From positions 15,672 to 79,671 of the forward strand of contig CANNBA010000002.1 in the NCBI GenBank assembly GCA_947502765.1: DNA of 64,000 nucleotides. Reading direction: 5' to 3'. The notes under the pieces are model-generated. The model saw only the letters and a list, made by a program, of their open reading frames with translations. It was not told the origin of the DNA and searched no databases. This DNA comes from Flavobacteriales bacterium. GTDB lineage: Bacteria > Bacteroidota > Bacteroidia > Flavobacteriales > BACL11. Position 1 is the stretch's first letter. Every line of letters begins with the position of its first letter. A program made the translations under genes and the position numbers. This document shows positions 1 through 11,900 of this stretch, piece by piece.

Positions 1-2
1 TA

Positions 3-1121
3 CCGGCTATTTCTGTTGATGGTAAAAAGTTAGTTTACTCTAGGAGATTTATGAAAAATAATGTCTTGCAAGAGGATTTTTTTATTTCAGAAAAGGATAC
101 AAATAATTCTTGGAGTCTAGCAGTTCCTTATGGCAATAGTTTGAATACCTATGGCAATGAAGGTGCTTTCTCATTTTCAACAGATAAAAATAGGGCCGTT
201 TTTACTGCTTGCGATAGAGAGGATAGAGTAGGTAGGTGTGATTTGTATTTATTCATTGATGGTAAAACGTATAATGCAGGTAAGGTTATTAATTCAGAAT
301 ATTGGGATTCTCAAGGCTGTTTTTCTCCTGATGGAAAATATTTGTATTTTGTAAGTAGTAGGCAAGGTGGTTATGGGGGTAAAGACATTTGGCGCTCTGA
401 AATTACTCAAAATGGATTTTTAGAGCCAGAAAATTTAGGATCTTCAATTAATACAAAACATGATGAAATGTCACCCTTTTTACATCCTGATAACCTAACC
501 TTCTATTTTGGATCAAATGGTAATATTGGTATGGGAGATTACGATATCTATGTTAGTAGAAGAAAAAACACTCTAGAGAAGTGGGGAACTCCAAAAAATA
601 TTGGTTATCCAATAAATACACATAATACTGAAAACTCCCTAGTAGTAGCCAATGATGGCAAAACGGCTTATTACACCTCTAATAAAAGTGGTTTTGGATT
701 AGAAGATATTTTTGTTTTTGACTTGCCTGAAAGCATTCAAGCCAATGAGATATCTGAATTAGAGCTAGATATAATTACTCAGAAAATAGGAGAGGAGGTA
801 GTTTTAAAAAATGTAACTTTTGCTTCTAATTCCTCCGAGATTGATGCCTCATCATATGAGGAGTTGGATAAATTGATTGCGTACCTTGCAAAAAACCCAA
901 ATTTACAGATTGAAATACAAGGACATACAGATGATGTTGGTAGCGATTTTGATAATCTCATTCTTTCCGAAAAAAGAGCAAAAGCAGTGTATGATTACAT
1001 AATAATTAAACTTGAAAACAAGCTTTCTTATACAGGCTATGGTGAGTCAAAACCACTTGCACCAAATGAATCAGAGAATGGTAGAGAGTTAAATAGAAGA
1101 ACTTCTTTTGTTATTCAATAA
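3..1121 (+). CDS. PorE-like OmpA-family protein (PD40 beta-propeller + OmpA_C), 5'-truncated by the window edge
   Basis: Frame is open from nt 3 (PAISVDGKKLVYSRR). PD40 repeats (SPDGKYLYFVSSR, HPDNLTFYFGS) and OmpA_C motifs GHTDDVG...LSEKRA...NRR. Confidence 0.85.
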   Translation, partial: PAISVDGKKLVYSRRFMKNNVLQEDFFISEKDTNNSWSLAVPYGNSLNTYGNEGAFSFSTDKNRAVFTACDREDRVGRCDLYLFIDGKTYNAGKVINSEYWDSQGCFSPDGKYLYFVSSRQGGYGGKDIWRSEITQNGFLEPENLGSSINTKHDEMSPFLHPDNLTFYFGSNGNIGMGDYDIYVSRRKNTLEKWGTPKNIGYPINTHNTENSLVVANDGKTAYYTSNKSGFGLEDIFVFDLPESIQANEISELELDIITQKIGEEVVLKNVTFASNSSEIDASSYEELDKLIAYLAKNPNLQIEIQGHTDDVGSDFDNLILSEKRAKAVYDYIIIKLENKLSYTGYGESKPLAPNESENGRELNRRTSFVIQ

Positions 1122-2601
1122 AAATATCTTGCTTACTTTTTGGCTGTTCAGCGCCTCTCCAATTAAATCCTTTTAAATAGCGGTTTTTTTCTTCCAAATC
1201 TTTGTAAGGAGTAGTCAATGAGTTTGGTTTTATCTCGTAATTAACCATATCCAATTTATTATTTTTAAAGTATAGAATCAAATCAGTACATTCGGTATAA
1301 TTAAGGCCTATTTTATCATTGGTTTTTTCATCAGTTACAATAAATATACTTTGGCCATTTCCTTCAACATCCATTCTGCTCATTTTATTATCAGTAAAAT
1401 AAGCAGTCATATTTTTTCCTTTTATCTGGCTGTAATCTAAAGAATCCTCTTGAGCAATAATCATAGGATTAGGCTTTAAAAACATACGATTTATTTTTCC
1501 TTTATGGATTAAAAATTGGATACTATCAGCTGTTATTTGAAACTCATCTGACCATAGAATAGGCCGATCAAACATCTCTACTATTGAATCGGTAAAATTA
1601 TAACTTAAAGAATCGCATTTTCCTTGCAAATCTATTTTAAAAAACTTTACTTTATTATGGGCCAATATCTTTTTTGCTCCTATTTTTTGCTGACTGATAA
1701 ATTTATCAGCATTCATAAAAAGCGTGTCCTTTTCAAACACTAATTGTAATAATGGAGTTTCAGTTATTTCAACAACTTCTTTTTTCTCAAAATACTCTCC
1801 AAAACCACCAAAAACTGTAACATTTTCTATCGTATCAATTACTTCTACATTTTTGATTGCTTTGCCATATCCTAAGTTCTTATCATAATAAAGACTATCT
1901 CCCTTTAATAGATAGCTTTCGCTAGTAATGTAAGCGTTATTTTGAAATTGTGAGATGTTTGTTTTTGTATTGTACCAGCCGTTTTCACAGTAGATGGTTT
2001 TATTTTTAGAGATAATATAAGAGGGCCCAAAAAAGTAAGTAGTTTCGCTATTGGAATTATAATGCATATCATCAGTCAAAATAGTATAATCTTTAGCAAC
2101 TACTGTTACGGAATCTTTAAAAATAAAATTATGAATCTTAGAGTGGTATTCCCCTTTTTTAGACTTTATGGTTTTTTCATTATCAACAATTGTGCCTGGG
2201 TAATTATAGGAAGCAATGTTAGTGCGTAAATTATAAAATATTTGCTCCGTTTTTAAAGTCATGTATTTGTCAGTTAACACCACATTTCCTTTTATATCTG
2301 CATTGTTTTCTAAGCCAAAATAAGTCAAGCTACTTCCAGTAAGTAAAATGCCATCTCCTTGGATTTTAATTTTTCCAAAAGCCTTTACTTTGTCTATATT
2401 GGCGTAATGATATGCGGAGTCGCAATACATAATGGCATTGTTGTGCTTAAAAGCAACATGGCCAATTAAACGCCAATAATCAGGGTGTTTGTTAGCATTA
2501 GCAAAAGTATTATCCGCATTTAAGATTTCTATTTTTTTACTTGTCTGAGCATTTAAAGTAACACTCAGAATTACTAGTAAAATATGTAGTAAAATCTTCA
2601 A
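1111..2601 (-). CDS. OstA-like (LptA/LptD_N-type beta-jellyroll) protein
   Basis: Signal peptide, TTG start, repeated beta-rich units (MYCDSAY, LTGSSLTY, LKGDSLYY, GKCDSLSY) typical of Bacteroidota OstA-like proteins. Confidence 0.8.
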   Translation of the reverse strand: MKILLHILLVILSVTLNAQTSKKIEILNADNTFANANKHPDYWRLIGHVAFKHNNAIMYCDSAYHYANIDKVKAFGKIKIQGDGILLTGSSLTYFGLENNADIKGNVVLTDKYMTLKTEQIFYNLRTNIASYNYPGTIVDNEKTIKSKKGEYHSKIHNFIFKDSVTVVAKDYTILTDDMHYNSNSETTYFFGPSYIISKNKTIYCENGWYNTKTNISQFQNNAYITSESYLLKGDSLYYDKNLGYGKAIKNVEVIDTIENVTVFGGFGEYFEKKEVVEITETPLLQLVFEKDTLFMNADKFISQQKIGAKKILAHNKVKFFKIDLQGKCDSLSYNFTDSIVEMFDRPILWSDEFQITADSIQFLIHKGKINRMFLKPNPMIIAQEDSLDYSQIKGKNMTAYFTDNKMSRMDVEGNGQSIFIVTDEKTNDKIGLNYTECTDLILYFKNNKLDMVNYEIKPNSLTTPYKDLEEKNRYLKGFNWRGAEQPKSKQDIFIE

Positions 2602-2604
2602 GCT

Positions 2605-3864
2605 TTATCTGAAAAATGTTTGTTTTCTATCAGGACCAACAGATACAATTACAATTGGAGTTTCTAAAACTTCTTCCAGCCAAGCAATATAACTATGTAA
2701 AGCTTTTGGTGCATCAGCTAAATTTTCCAATTTCATCAAATTCATTTGCCAACCCTCTAGTTCTTTGTAAATAGGAGTGAGCTGTTCATTATCTTCAAAT
2801 GGTAAATAATCAATTTTTTCTCCATTAAACTCATAATGAGTACACGCTTTTATAGTTTCACTTCCTGATAAAACATCCGCTTTCATCATCATTAATTGTG
2901 TAACCCCATTAATATTAATGGCATATTTTAATGCAGGAATATCAATCCAACCACATCTTCTTGGACGCCCAGTAGTTGATCCAAATTCATTTCCAATTTT
3001 TCTTAATCTTTCTCCAATTTCATCAAATAATTCTGATGGAAATGGTCCACTTCCAACTCTAGTGGAATATGCTTTAAAGATACCAAATACTTCTCCAATT
3101 TTATTTGGGGCAATACCCAGTCCAGTACAAGCTCCAGCAGTAATTGTGTTGGATGAAGTTACAAAAGGATAAGAACCAAAATCAACATCTAATAGTGTTC
3201 CTTGGGCTCCTTCTGCTAATATTTTTTTTCCTTCTTTAATTGCATCATGAATATAATGTTCACTTTCAATGTGTTTGTACTTTTTGAGTGTGTTTAAACT
3301 TTCGAACCATGCAGTTTCTAATTCTTCTAATTCATATTCAAAATCATAAAAATTTAAAATCTGAATATGTTTTCTTTTTAACTTTTCGTACTTTTCCTTG
3401 AAATCTGGAGTGGAAATATCACCCACTCTTAAGCCATTACGGCCTGTTTTATCCATATAAGTTGGGCCGATACCCTTTAAGGTTGAACCAATCTTTTCTT
3501 TTCCTTTGGCTTTTTCTGATGCAGCATCAATAAGTTTATGAGTAGGTAAAATTAAATGTGCTTTTTTAGAAATTAAAAGTTCTGACATTTCAACGGCTAG
3601 CTTTTTAATGCCTATTATTTCATTTTGGAAAATCACGGGATCAATTACAACACCATTACCAATAAGGTTAACAACTCCTTTATGGAAAATACCAGATGGA
3701 ATGGTATGAAGCACATGTTTAATTCCATCAAATTCTAGTGTATGTCCAGCATTAGGACCTCCTTGAAAACGAGCAATAATGTCATATTTTGATGTTAAAA
3801 CATCAACAATTTTTCCTTTTCCTTCATCCCCCCACTGAAGTCCTAATAAAACATCTGCTTTCAT
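2605..3864 (-). CDS. purA: adenylosuccinate synthetase
   Basis: GLQWGDEGKGK, GGPNAGHT, EGAQG, TTGRPRRCGW motifs. Confidence 0.98.
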   Translation of the reverse strand: MKADVLLGLQWGDEGKGKIVDVLTSKYDIIARFQGGPNAGHTLEFDGIKHVLHTIPSGIFHKGVVNLIGNGVVIDPVIFQNEIIGIKKLAVEMSELLISKKAHLILPTHKLIDAASEKAKGKEKIGSTLKGIGPTYMDKTGRNGLRVGDISTPDFKEKYEKLKRKHIQILNFYDFEYELEELETAWFESLNTLKKYKHIESEHYIHDAIKEGKKILAEGAQGTLLDVDFGSYPFVTSSNTITAGACTGLGIAPNKIGEVFGIFKAYSTRVGSGPFPSELFDEIGERLRKIGNEFGSTTGRPRRCGWIDIPALKYAININGVTQLMMMKADVLSGSETIKACTHYEFNGEKIDYLPFEDNEQLTPIYKELEGWQMNLMKLENLADAPKALHSYIAWLEEVLETPIVIVSVGPDRKQTFFR

Positions 3865-3881
3865 TTAATATTTTAAAATTC

Positions 3882-4340
3882 TTAATTAGTTATTTTAGTT
3901 TGACACTCTTTACAAAGACCATAAAGATTTAACGCATGCCTATTGATTTTAAAGCTCATACTTTCTTCAATGACATTTTTGATTCCTTGTATTCTAGGGT
4001 CACAAAACTCAATTACAAGATCACAACTAGTGCATATTAAATGATCGTGTTGACGATTAGAATATGATTTTTCGTATTGGGCTTGTGACTTTCCAAATTG
4101 ATGCTTACGAATTAGATGACAATCCAATAAAATATCAACCGTATTGTAAAGTGTTGCTCTACTTACTCGGTATTTTTTATTTTTCATCTGAATGTACATT
4201 GACTCAATATCAAAATGACCTTCAAATTCGTAAATCTCCCTTAGGATGGCATAGCGTTCAGGAGTTTTTCTGTGCTTGTTTTTAATAAGATAATCGGTGA
4301 ATATCTCATTTACAGTTTCAATTATTTGATTGTTTGCCAC
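3882..4340 (-). CDS. fur: Fur-family transcriptional repressor
   Basis: [18 protein letters not shown] and CKEC motifs; GTG start. Confidence 0.92.
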   Translation of the reverse strand: MANNQIIETVNEIFTDYLIKNKHRKTPERYAILREIYEFEGHFDIESMYIQMKNKKYRVSRATLYNTVDILLDCHLIRKHQFGKSQAQYEKSYSNRQHDHLICTSCDLVIEFCDPRIQGIKNVIEESMSFKINRHALNLYGLCKECQTKITN

Positions 4341-4357
4341 TTTGCGCTATTAAAACA

Positions 4358-4365
4358 CAAATTTA
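4358..4365 (-). promoter_or_regulatory. -7 promoter element (TAAATTTG) for fur-purA
   Basis: Matches the Bacteroidota TAnnTTTG consensus 17 nt upstream of the fur start. Confidence 0.6.
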
Positions 4366-4415
4366 TAAAATTTCCTTATTTAGTATCTCTAAAAATTAAA
4401 TAATGAAATTGAAAA

Positions 4416-6620
4416 TTAAAGATGTTTATAAGTTCTGGTAATGGAGGATATTGCTTTAATTTTTTTGAGTTTAGTAGTAAGCTCTTTTAAAAATGTAACA
4501 TTATGTACTTTTAAAGTAATAACCCCTTCAAATATCCCGTCATCACTACTTATATTTATCGATTTAATATTTACATGCATCTGATTGGAAATTATTTGAG
4601 TGATTTTGTTCATAAGTCCTACACTATCAATTCCTTTGATATTGATAGAGGCCACAAAATCAATATCACCTTTAGATATCCATTTTGCTTTGAGTACTCT
4701 GTAGGCATAATTAGAACGTAATTGTATGGAATTGGGACAATCTGATCTATGTACTTTTATGCCATCAACAACTGTTAAAAATCCAAAGATCAAATCGCCA
4801 GGAATAGCGTTACAGCAAACAGCCATCTTATAGTCTAACACTTCATCATTCTCATTGAAAACAATAACTTTCTCTGAGTCTTTTTCTGATTTTATTGCAG
4901 GTGATGGAGGGCCATAAATTTTATTTTTAATGGTTTGATACCAACCTCCTTTCTTTAAGCGAACAAATTCTTTAATTTCAGTATTAGAAATAGCCCCAGT
5001 ACCAAATCTAAAATACAAATCGATTGAGGCGCCAGCATCAAAGTGCTTAATAAGTTCTATTTCTGTTTCGCTAGTTAATTTCAATTTCAAATGCTTTAGC
5101 TTTCTCTCGGCAATTTCTTTTCCAACAATAGCAATGACTTTTTTATCTTCTTTTAGTGCGGATTTTATTTTTGATTTAGCCCTAGAAGTAACAACAAATC
5201 TGAGCCAGTCTTCTCTTGGTCTTTGTTTTTGTGATGTAATGACTTCTACTTGATCGCCACTTTGTAGTTCATGACTTAATGGAACCAATTTTCCATTTAC
5301 TTTTACGCCCATACATTTTAGACCAACATCTGTATGCACTTCAAATGCGAAATCAAGAGCTGTACCCCCTTTTGGAAGTGTTTTTAAATCCCCCCCAGGA
5401 GTAAAGATGTATATTTCACCAGAGTAGAGATTGAGCTTAAAATCATCTATAAAATCAATAGCATTGCTTTCAGGGTTTGTCAATAATTCTCTAATTTTCT
5501 CTATCCAAGCATCCAAAGAATTTTCTTTACTTCCTCCATGCTTATATTTCCAATGAGCCGCATATCCCTTTTCTGCAATCTCATCCATTCTTTGACTTCT
5601 GATTTGTACTTCCACCCATTTGCCATCATCTCCCATTACAGTGGTGTGTAATGATTCGTATCCGTTCGCTTTTGGTGTAGAAACCCAATCTCTTAATCTA
5701 TCAGGATTTGGCTTGTAAAAATCAGTGACAATTGAGTATATCCTCCAACAATCAGCTTTTTCATTTTTAAGAGATGAATCAACAATAATTCTAATAGCAA
5801 ATTTATCGAAAATATTGTCAAAATTTACTCCTGTTTTTACCATCTTTTCTCTAATTGAAAAGATAGATTTCGGCCTTCCTGCTAATGTGAATTCTAAATT
5901 ATTCTCTTTTAGTTTTGCTTTTATGGGCTTAGAAAATTTTGAAATGTATTTATCTCTCTCTTCTTTAGTCGCTTTTAGTTCTTGGGTAATGGCTTTGTAA
6001 ACTTCGGGTTTTGTAAACTTTAATCCTAAATCTTCTAGTTCAGTTTTTATGGCATAAAGTCCTAGCCTATGAGCAAGAGGAGCGTATAAATAAAGAGTTT
6101 CAGAGGCAATTTTTAGCTGTTTGGATTTGGTCATATTATCCAAAGTACGCATGTTGTGTAGTCTGTCAGCCAGTTTAATTAGTATTACTCTTACATCATC
6201 TGATAAGGTAAGGAGCATTTTTCTAAAATTTTCAGCTTGCATGGATACATTTTTATCAAATACATCTTGAATTTTAGTAAGTCCATCAATAATTTGAGCA
6301 ACTTTTTTTCCGAAAATTTTCTCAATATCTTTTAAGGAATAGTCGGTATCCTCAACAACATCATGCAGTAGGGCACAAATAATAGAAGTAGCCCCTAGTC
6401 CAATTTCTTTTGCGGCAATATGAGCAACAGCGAGAGGGTGGTATATATAAGGTTCACCACTTTGTCTTCTCATTTCTTTGTGTGCCTCAACTGCAATGTC
6501 AAAAGCTTTCCGAATATTTTTTTTATCTGCTTTGTCAGTTTTATCATTACAAGTTCTTAATAGTGATTTATATCTATTAAGAATCTCTTTTTTTTCCTGT
6601 TCAAAGTCTATTGGTTGCAT
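4416..6620 (-). CDS. relA: bifunctional (p)ppGpp synthetase/hydrolase (RelA/SpoT family)
   Basis: HD domain (HDVVED, KLADRLHNMRT), synthetase (NGYESLHT, EVQIRS), TGS and ACT domains. Confidence 0.95.
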   Translation of the reverse strand: MQPIDFEQEKKEILNRYKSLLRTCNDKTDKADKKNIRKAFDIAVEAHKEMRRQSGEPYIYHPLAVAHIAAKEIGLGATSIICALLHDVVEDTDYSLKDIEKIFGKKVAQIIDGLTKIQDVFDKNVSMQAENFRKMLLTLSDDVRVILIKLADRLHNMRTLDNMTKSKQLKIASETLYLYAPLAHRLGLYAIKTELEDLGLKFTKPEVYKAITQELKATKEERDKYISKFSKPIKAKLKENNLEFTLAGRPKSIFSIREKMVKTGVNFDNIFDKFAIRIIVDSSLKNEKADCWRIYSIVTDFYKPNPDRLRDWVSTPKANGYESLHTTVMGDDGKWVEVQIRSQRMDEIAEKGYAAHWKYKHGGSKENSLDAWIEKIRELLTNPESNAIDFIDDFKLNLYSGEIYIFTPGGDLKTLPKGGTALDFAFEVHTDVGLKCMGVKVNGKLVPLSHELQSGDQVEVITSQKQRPREDWLRFVVTSRAKSKIKSALKEDKKVIAIVGKEIAERKLKHLKLKLTSETEIELIKHFDAGASIDLYFRFGTGAISNTEIKEFVRLKKGGWYQTIKNKIYGPPSPAIKSEKDSEKVIVFNENDEVLDYKMAVCCNAIPGDLIFGFLTVVDGIKVHRSDCPNSIQLRSNYAYRVLKAKWISKGDIDFVASINIKGIDSVGLMNKITQIISNQMHVNIKSINISSDDGIFEGVITLKVHNVTFLKELTTKLKKIKAISSITRTYKHL

Positions 6621-6628
6621 CTTGTAAT

Positions 6629-7900
6629 TTAAGCAAAAATAGGATAAGCACTCATTAATTTATTAACCTCATTTTTCACCTCAGATAAAACTTTTTCATC
6701 TTCATAATTTACAATCACTTTGTCAATTAAATCTACAATAACTGGGATCATATTTTCTTTTACTCCTCTAGTTGTGATTGCAGGTGTTCCTAGTCTAATA
6801 CCAGAAGTAATAAAGGGAGATTGTGTATCAAAAGGAACCATATTTTTATTAGCAGTAATATCCGCTTTAACTAATGCATTTTCAGCATCTTTTCCGGTAA
6901 TATTTTTATTTCTTAGATCTATAAGCATGCAATGATTTTCAGTACCTCCTGATATAATCTTATATCCTTTTTTTATGAATTCATTGGCCATAAGTTTGGC
7001 ATTTTTTATAACTTGTTCTCCATAGGTTTTAAATTCAGGTTTAAGAGCTTCACCAAAAGCAATTGCTTTTGCTGCAATTACATGCTCAAGAGGCCCTCCT
7101 TGAGAGCCTGGAAACACTCCTGAATTTAGAATTCCAGACATCATTTTTATGTTGCCTTTTGGAGTTTTTAAACCCCATGGATTTTCAAAATCTTTACCCA
7201 TCATAATCATTCCTCCTCTTGGCCCTCTTAGGGTTTTATGAGTTGTTGTTGTTAAAATATGACAATGTGAAGCAGGGTTATTTAATAATTTAGCTGCAAT
7301 CAGCCCAGCAGGATGTGCAATATCAGCCATCAATAATGCGCCAACTTTATTAGCAATCTCTCTAAATCTGGCATAATCCCAATCTTGAGAATATGCAGAT
7401 GCCCCGCAAATAATCAATTGTGGTTTTTCTAAAGTTGCAATAGCTTCTAATTTATCATAATCCACTTTTCCTGTTGCTTCTTCCACATTATAAAAAGAGG
7501 TTTTGTATAATTTTCCAGAAAAGTTTACAGGAGAACCATGGGTTAAATGACCACCGTGAGAAAGATTAAATCCTAAGATTTTATCTCCAGGATTTAAACA
7601 AGCTAGCATTACAGCCGCATTTGCTTGTGAGCCTGAATGAGGTTGCACATTAGCATACTCAACTCCAAATAATTCTTTTGCTCTATCAATAGCTAATTGT
7701 TCCACTTCATCTACTACTTCACAACCTCCATAGTATCTATTTCTAGGAAATCCTTCAGCATATTTATTTGTTAAACACGAACCCATAGCTTGCATTACCT
7801 GATCACTTACAAAATTTTCAGAAGCAATTAATTCAATTCCATTTCGTTGTCTTTTATCTTCTTTTGCAATTAAATCAAAAATTATTTGATCTTTTTTCAT
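6629..7900 (-). CDS. glyA: serine hydroxymethyltransferase
   Basis: [25 protein letters not shown] (PLP lysine). Confidence 0.98.
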   Translation of the reverse strand: MKKDQIIFDLIAKEDKRQRNGIELIASENFVSDQVMQAMGSCLTNKYAEGFPRNRYYGGCEVVDEVEQLAIDRAKELFGVEYANVQPHSGSQANAAVMLACLNPGDKILGFNLSHGGHLTHGSPVNFSGKLYKTSFYNVEEATGKVDYDKLEAIATLEKPQLIICGASAYSQDWDYARFREIANKVGALLMADIAHPAGLIAAKLLNNPASHCHILTTTTHKTLRGPRGGMIMMGKDFENPWGLKTPKGNIKMMSGILNSGVFPGSQGGPLEHVIAAKAIAFGEALKPEFKTYGEQVIKNAKLMANEFIKKGYKIISGGTENHCMLIDLRNKNITGKDAENALVKADITANKNMVPFDTQSPFITSGIRLGTPAITTRGVKENMIPVIVDLIDKVIVNYEDEKVLSEVKNEVNKLMSAYPIFA

Positions 7901-7955
7901 CTGTTAGTAGTTTAAAATTTCTATTTTCGTAATCGCAACAAATGTATATAATTTT

Positions 7956-8894
7956 ATGAATAGAATTCAGCAACTTTTTGGAATTAAATATCCAATTATT
8001 CAAGGAGGAATGATATGGTGTAGTGGCTGGGAATTAGCAGCAGCAGTAAGCAATGCAGGCGGGCTGGGTTTAATTGGTTCAGGTTCAATGTATCCTGAAG
8101 TATTAAGAGATCATATTCGAAAATGCAAGAGCGCTACTAACAAACCATTTGGAGTAAATATTCCATTAATGTATCCAAATATTCAGGACCATATCCAAAT
8201 TGTTATAGATGAAGGCGTAAAAATTGTTTTCACCTCAGCAGGAAGTCCAAAGAAGTACACTTCATTTTTGCAAGAGCATGGCATAAAAGTAGCTCATGTT
8301 ATAGCGAATAAAAAATTCGCCATTAAATGTGTAGAAGCTGGAGTAGATGCAATTGTTGCTGAAGGATTTGAGGCTGGAGGGCATAATGGAGCTGATGAAA
8401 TTACTACTATGTGTTTAATTCCTATGATTGCTGATGCTGTTAATATTCCGCTAATTGCAGCAGGTGGAATTTCGAGTGGTAAATCAATGTTTGCAGCTAT
8501 GGTATTGGGTGCTGATGGGGTCCAAATGGGCAGTCGCTTTGTAGCAAGTGAAGAATGCTCAGCTCATATTAATTTTAAGCATAAGGTAGTTGCGGCTGAT
8601 GAAGGTGAAACGGTTTTAACTTTGAAAGAACTAACAGCTGTTCGCTTAATCAAAAATGGCTTTTATGATGAAATTCAAAAAGCATATAAAAGAAATGCTA
8701 CTCATGAAGAATTAAAAGAATTATTGGGAAGAGGTAGAGCAAAAAAAGGAATGTTTGAAGGAGATTTAATTGAGGGGGAGCTAGAAATTGGGCAAGTTTC
8801 TGCCATGATAAAAGAAATTAAGCCAGTAGCTGATATTATATCTCAAATTGTAGAAGACTTTGAAAAAGCAAATAAGAAAAATTATAGTTTTTAG
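7956..8894 (+). CDS. FabK / nitronate monooxygenase-family flavin oxidoreductase
   Basis: PIIQGGM, AVSNAGGLG, EAGGH, AAGGI, GVQMGSRF motifs. Confidence 0.85.
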   Translation: MNRIQQLFGIKYPIIQGGMIWCSGWELAAAVSNAGGLGLIGSGSMYPEVLRDHIRKCKSATNKPFGVNIPLMYPNIQDHIQIVIDEGVKIVFTSAGSPKKYTSFLQEHGIKVAHVIANKKFAIKCVEAGVDAIVAEGFEAGGHNGADEITTMCLIPMIADAVNIPLIAAGGISSGKSMFAAMVLGADGVQMGSRFVASEECSAHINFKHKVVAADEGETVLTLKELTAVRLIKNGFYDEIQKAYKRNATHEELKELLGRGRAKKGMFEGDLIEGELEIGQVSAMIKEIKPVADIISQIVEDFEKANKKNYSF

Positions 8895-8966
8895 ATTTGT
8901 GTTTTATGTTCAAAGTAAAAATTTGCCTCACTAATATAAAAAGCATTCTATTAAATTAAGTTTTCA

Positions 8967-8974
8967 TATATTTG
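8967..8974 (+). promoter_or_regulatory. -7 promoter element (TATATTTG)
   Basis: TAnnTTTG 19 nt upstream of the ATG at 8994. Confidence 0.6.
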
Positions 8975-8993
8975 CAGAAAATTACAATTTCAA

Positions 8994-11900
8994 ATGAAGA
9001 AATTTCTATTTTTGTTTTTAACATTTCTAGTAACACTAACTTTGTCGGCATCTCATTTTGTTGGAGGTGAAATCACCTGGCAATGCAACACTGATCCTTT
9101 AAGTCCTAATTATGGCAAGTATACTTTTTACATGCATATTTATCAAGATTGTGATGGAATTGATTTTAACTTTGGGAATGGGGTAGAAAGTATAACTGTA
9201 CATAATAATCCTTCATTGTCTTCAATTAGTATGAATTTTTTAGATACCAATGATATTTCTTCCACTGGTATTTCAGGCTCTCAACCTTGTTATAATTGTG
9301 ACAATCAGCCTTTTGGACAATTTGGAGCTGTAAGAGAATGGATTTATATTTCTAATCCTATTACTATAAATGGAACTCCTCCTGCTGCTGGCTGGCATTT
9401 TACTTGGGGAACTTGTTGCAGAAGTGGCGCAATAATAAATATACCAAATGCATCAGGATCAGATTGGACTGTAAGATCTGTAATGTATCCTTATACAGAT
9501 CCTAGTGGAACTGTTTTGCCTAATGGGAATATGTGCCATGATAATTCTCCAATTTTTAAAGAGAGACCAAAGACAATTCTTTGTACAGGCTATCCATTTT
9601 CTTATAGTCATTTGGCTTTTGATGTTGACCTTGATTCATTAAGTTACTCTTGGGCTCAACCTTTAGGTGGTAATTTTAGCTATAATCCTGCGAACCCTAG
9701 TGCAACTGCATTAGCATTCAATCCTCCTTACACTTTCAATTCTCCAATTCCTGGAAATCCTACTTTAGACAATGAAAATGGGGAGATTTCTTTCAATTCT
9801 AATACTGCTGGTATTTTTGTAACGTGCGTAAAGGTTGCTGCATTTAAATGTGGTCAAGTAGTTGCAGAAGTGTATAGAGATGTTAATGTAGCTCTCATCA
9901 CTTGTGGAACATTGCCAAATGGCGCACAAAATTTACCTCCAATGATTACAGCCCCATTAGGACCTCAGAATTGGATTACTACCTTAAATCCATCAACAGG
10001 ATTACCTTCATATGAAACTACAGTTATGGCAGGGGAGTTAGTTAGTTTTTCGGTGGTTGCAACAGATAATGATATCAATTCAACTGGAAATCTTCAAGAG
10101 GTATTTTTAGAGATTGTGGGAGGTCAGTTGGATCCTCTTTTAGCATTGAGTAATCCTGCAACATTTACTGTAACTTCATCATCACCCGGAAATATTTCTG
10201 GTGATTTTTTATGGCCATCTAATTGTGATCACATGCAAGATTATGGATGTGGCAGACAAGGAGGAGCTTATACTTTTAATATAAAGTCATATGATGACTT
10301 TTGCCCTGCTAATGGCATTGTAATTGCTACTATTACTATTAATGTAATTCCTCCTCAGCCAGATCTTAGATGTTTAGCGGTTGATGCAAATGGTGGGGTT
10401 GATTTGTTTTTTTCTTTTCCAGAGGGAGTAGTAGACACAGCTATTAAATACGATATTTATCATTCTAAAAATATTGGAGGACCCTATGCACTAATTGATA
10501 GTATTTTTTACCCTGATACTACTTATTTTCATGCGCTTTCTAATGCAGATTTTTCACACAGTTATTATTATCTTTTAGGTACGGTAACTTGTGGAACAGG
10601 TATAGGTTCTCCAACTGACTCATTATTGTATTCAGACACTTTAACAACTATTTTAATGGAAGCTACTGCTATTAATTTTGGTATTACTGCTGATTTAGAG
10701 TGGAATCCTATTCATGTTCCATTACTTGTGTCATCATCTCTGAATTATGATTTACATTATATAAATAGTAATAACTCCGATAATATTATTGCAAATACTC
10801 CAGATTTATTTTATCAAATGGATGGCGATAATTGTGATTATGTTCCAAAGTTTTATGTAGAAATACCTGATGCAAGTGGTTGTGTATCTAAATCATCTAT
10901 AGCTATGGTTCCTCTAAAAGACACAATATCTCCTGTTACTCCAATTATTAAAGATGTATCTGTAAATAATTTAGGAAAAGCGGTGGTTAGTTGGGAGTCA
11001 TCTTCAGGTGCTGACCTATATATTATTTATTTGCAAGATGCTAATGGAGCATGGATTACCTTAGACACAGTATCTTCTGCTTTGAATTCGTATGTTTACC
11101 AGAATTCTTTTGCAGAAACCACTTTTGAAAACTTTAGTGTTAAAGCGATTGATACTTGCGGCAATTCTAGAGTAAGATCATTAACTCATAATTCTATTTT
11201 ATTAACCAATAGTTCTAATGCGTGTGATTATTCTATATCATTGGATTGGAATGATTATATTAACTGGGCTGGAGGAACTCATCATTATAATGTTTTGATT
11301 TCTGAAACGGATGCTAATGGAAATGTGATTAATACAATTTTTAGGTTGCAGACAGCAACTGAATTAGTAATTCAGAATATTTCTTCAATAGCTACTTATA
11401 ATATTGTTGTTGAAGCTTATAATAACGACTCCACTTATAAAGCGGTTTCTAATGTGTTAAATTTCAATATTGCACTAGCTAATAAACCACTATTTAATTA
11501 CATTGAATATGCTTCAGTTAATCATGATGATGGATCAGTTGATTTGAGTTGTATTGTAGACTTATCTGCAGAAATTGACAGATATGATGTTTACCGCTCT
11601 CTAAGGCAAGATGATAATTTTTCTAAAATTGGGGAAGTCAATTTTTCAGCTTCCAGCCCAATTTATTTTAATGATAAAAATGTATTGACTAACGATTATT
11701 TTTATCAGTACGAAATTTATCCAGTAGATACTTGTGGGCAAACTCTTTATCCTCCACCTTATAATTTACCAGCATATTTAAATGATACTTCATTTGCTCA
11801 AACAATTTTATTACAAGCTGAAATAAATATTGATTATTCTCAGGTTTCTTCTTTAAAAAGCGAGTACACGAATACTTTAGTATTTAATGAGTATGATAAA

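Noticed and set aside
7956-8894. Coexisting FabK-like gene and fabI as a novelty
   Set aside because: The FabK/NMO family is functionally broad and its co-occurrence with FabI is common; substrate cannot be assigned from sequence.
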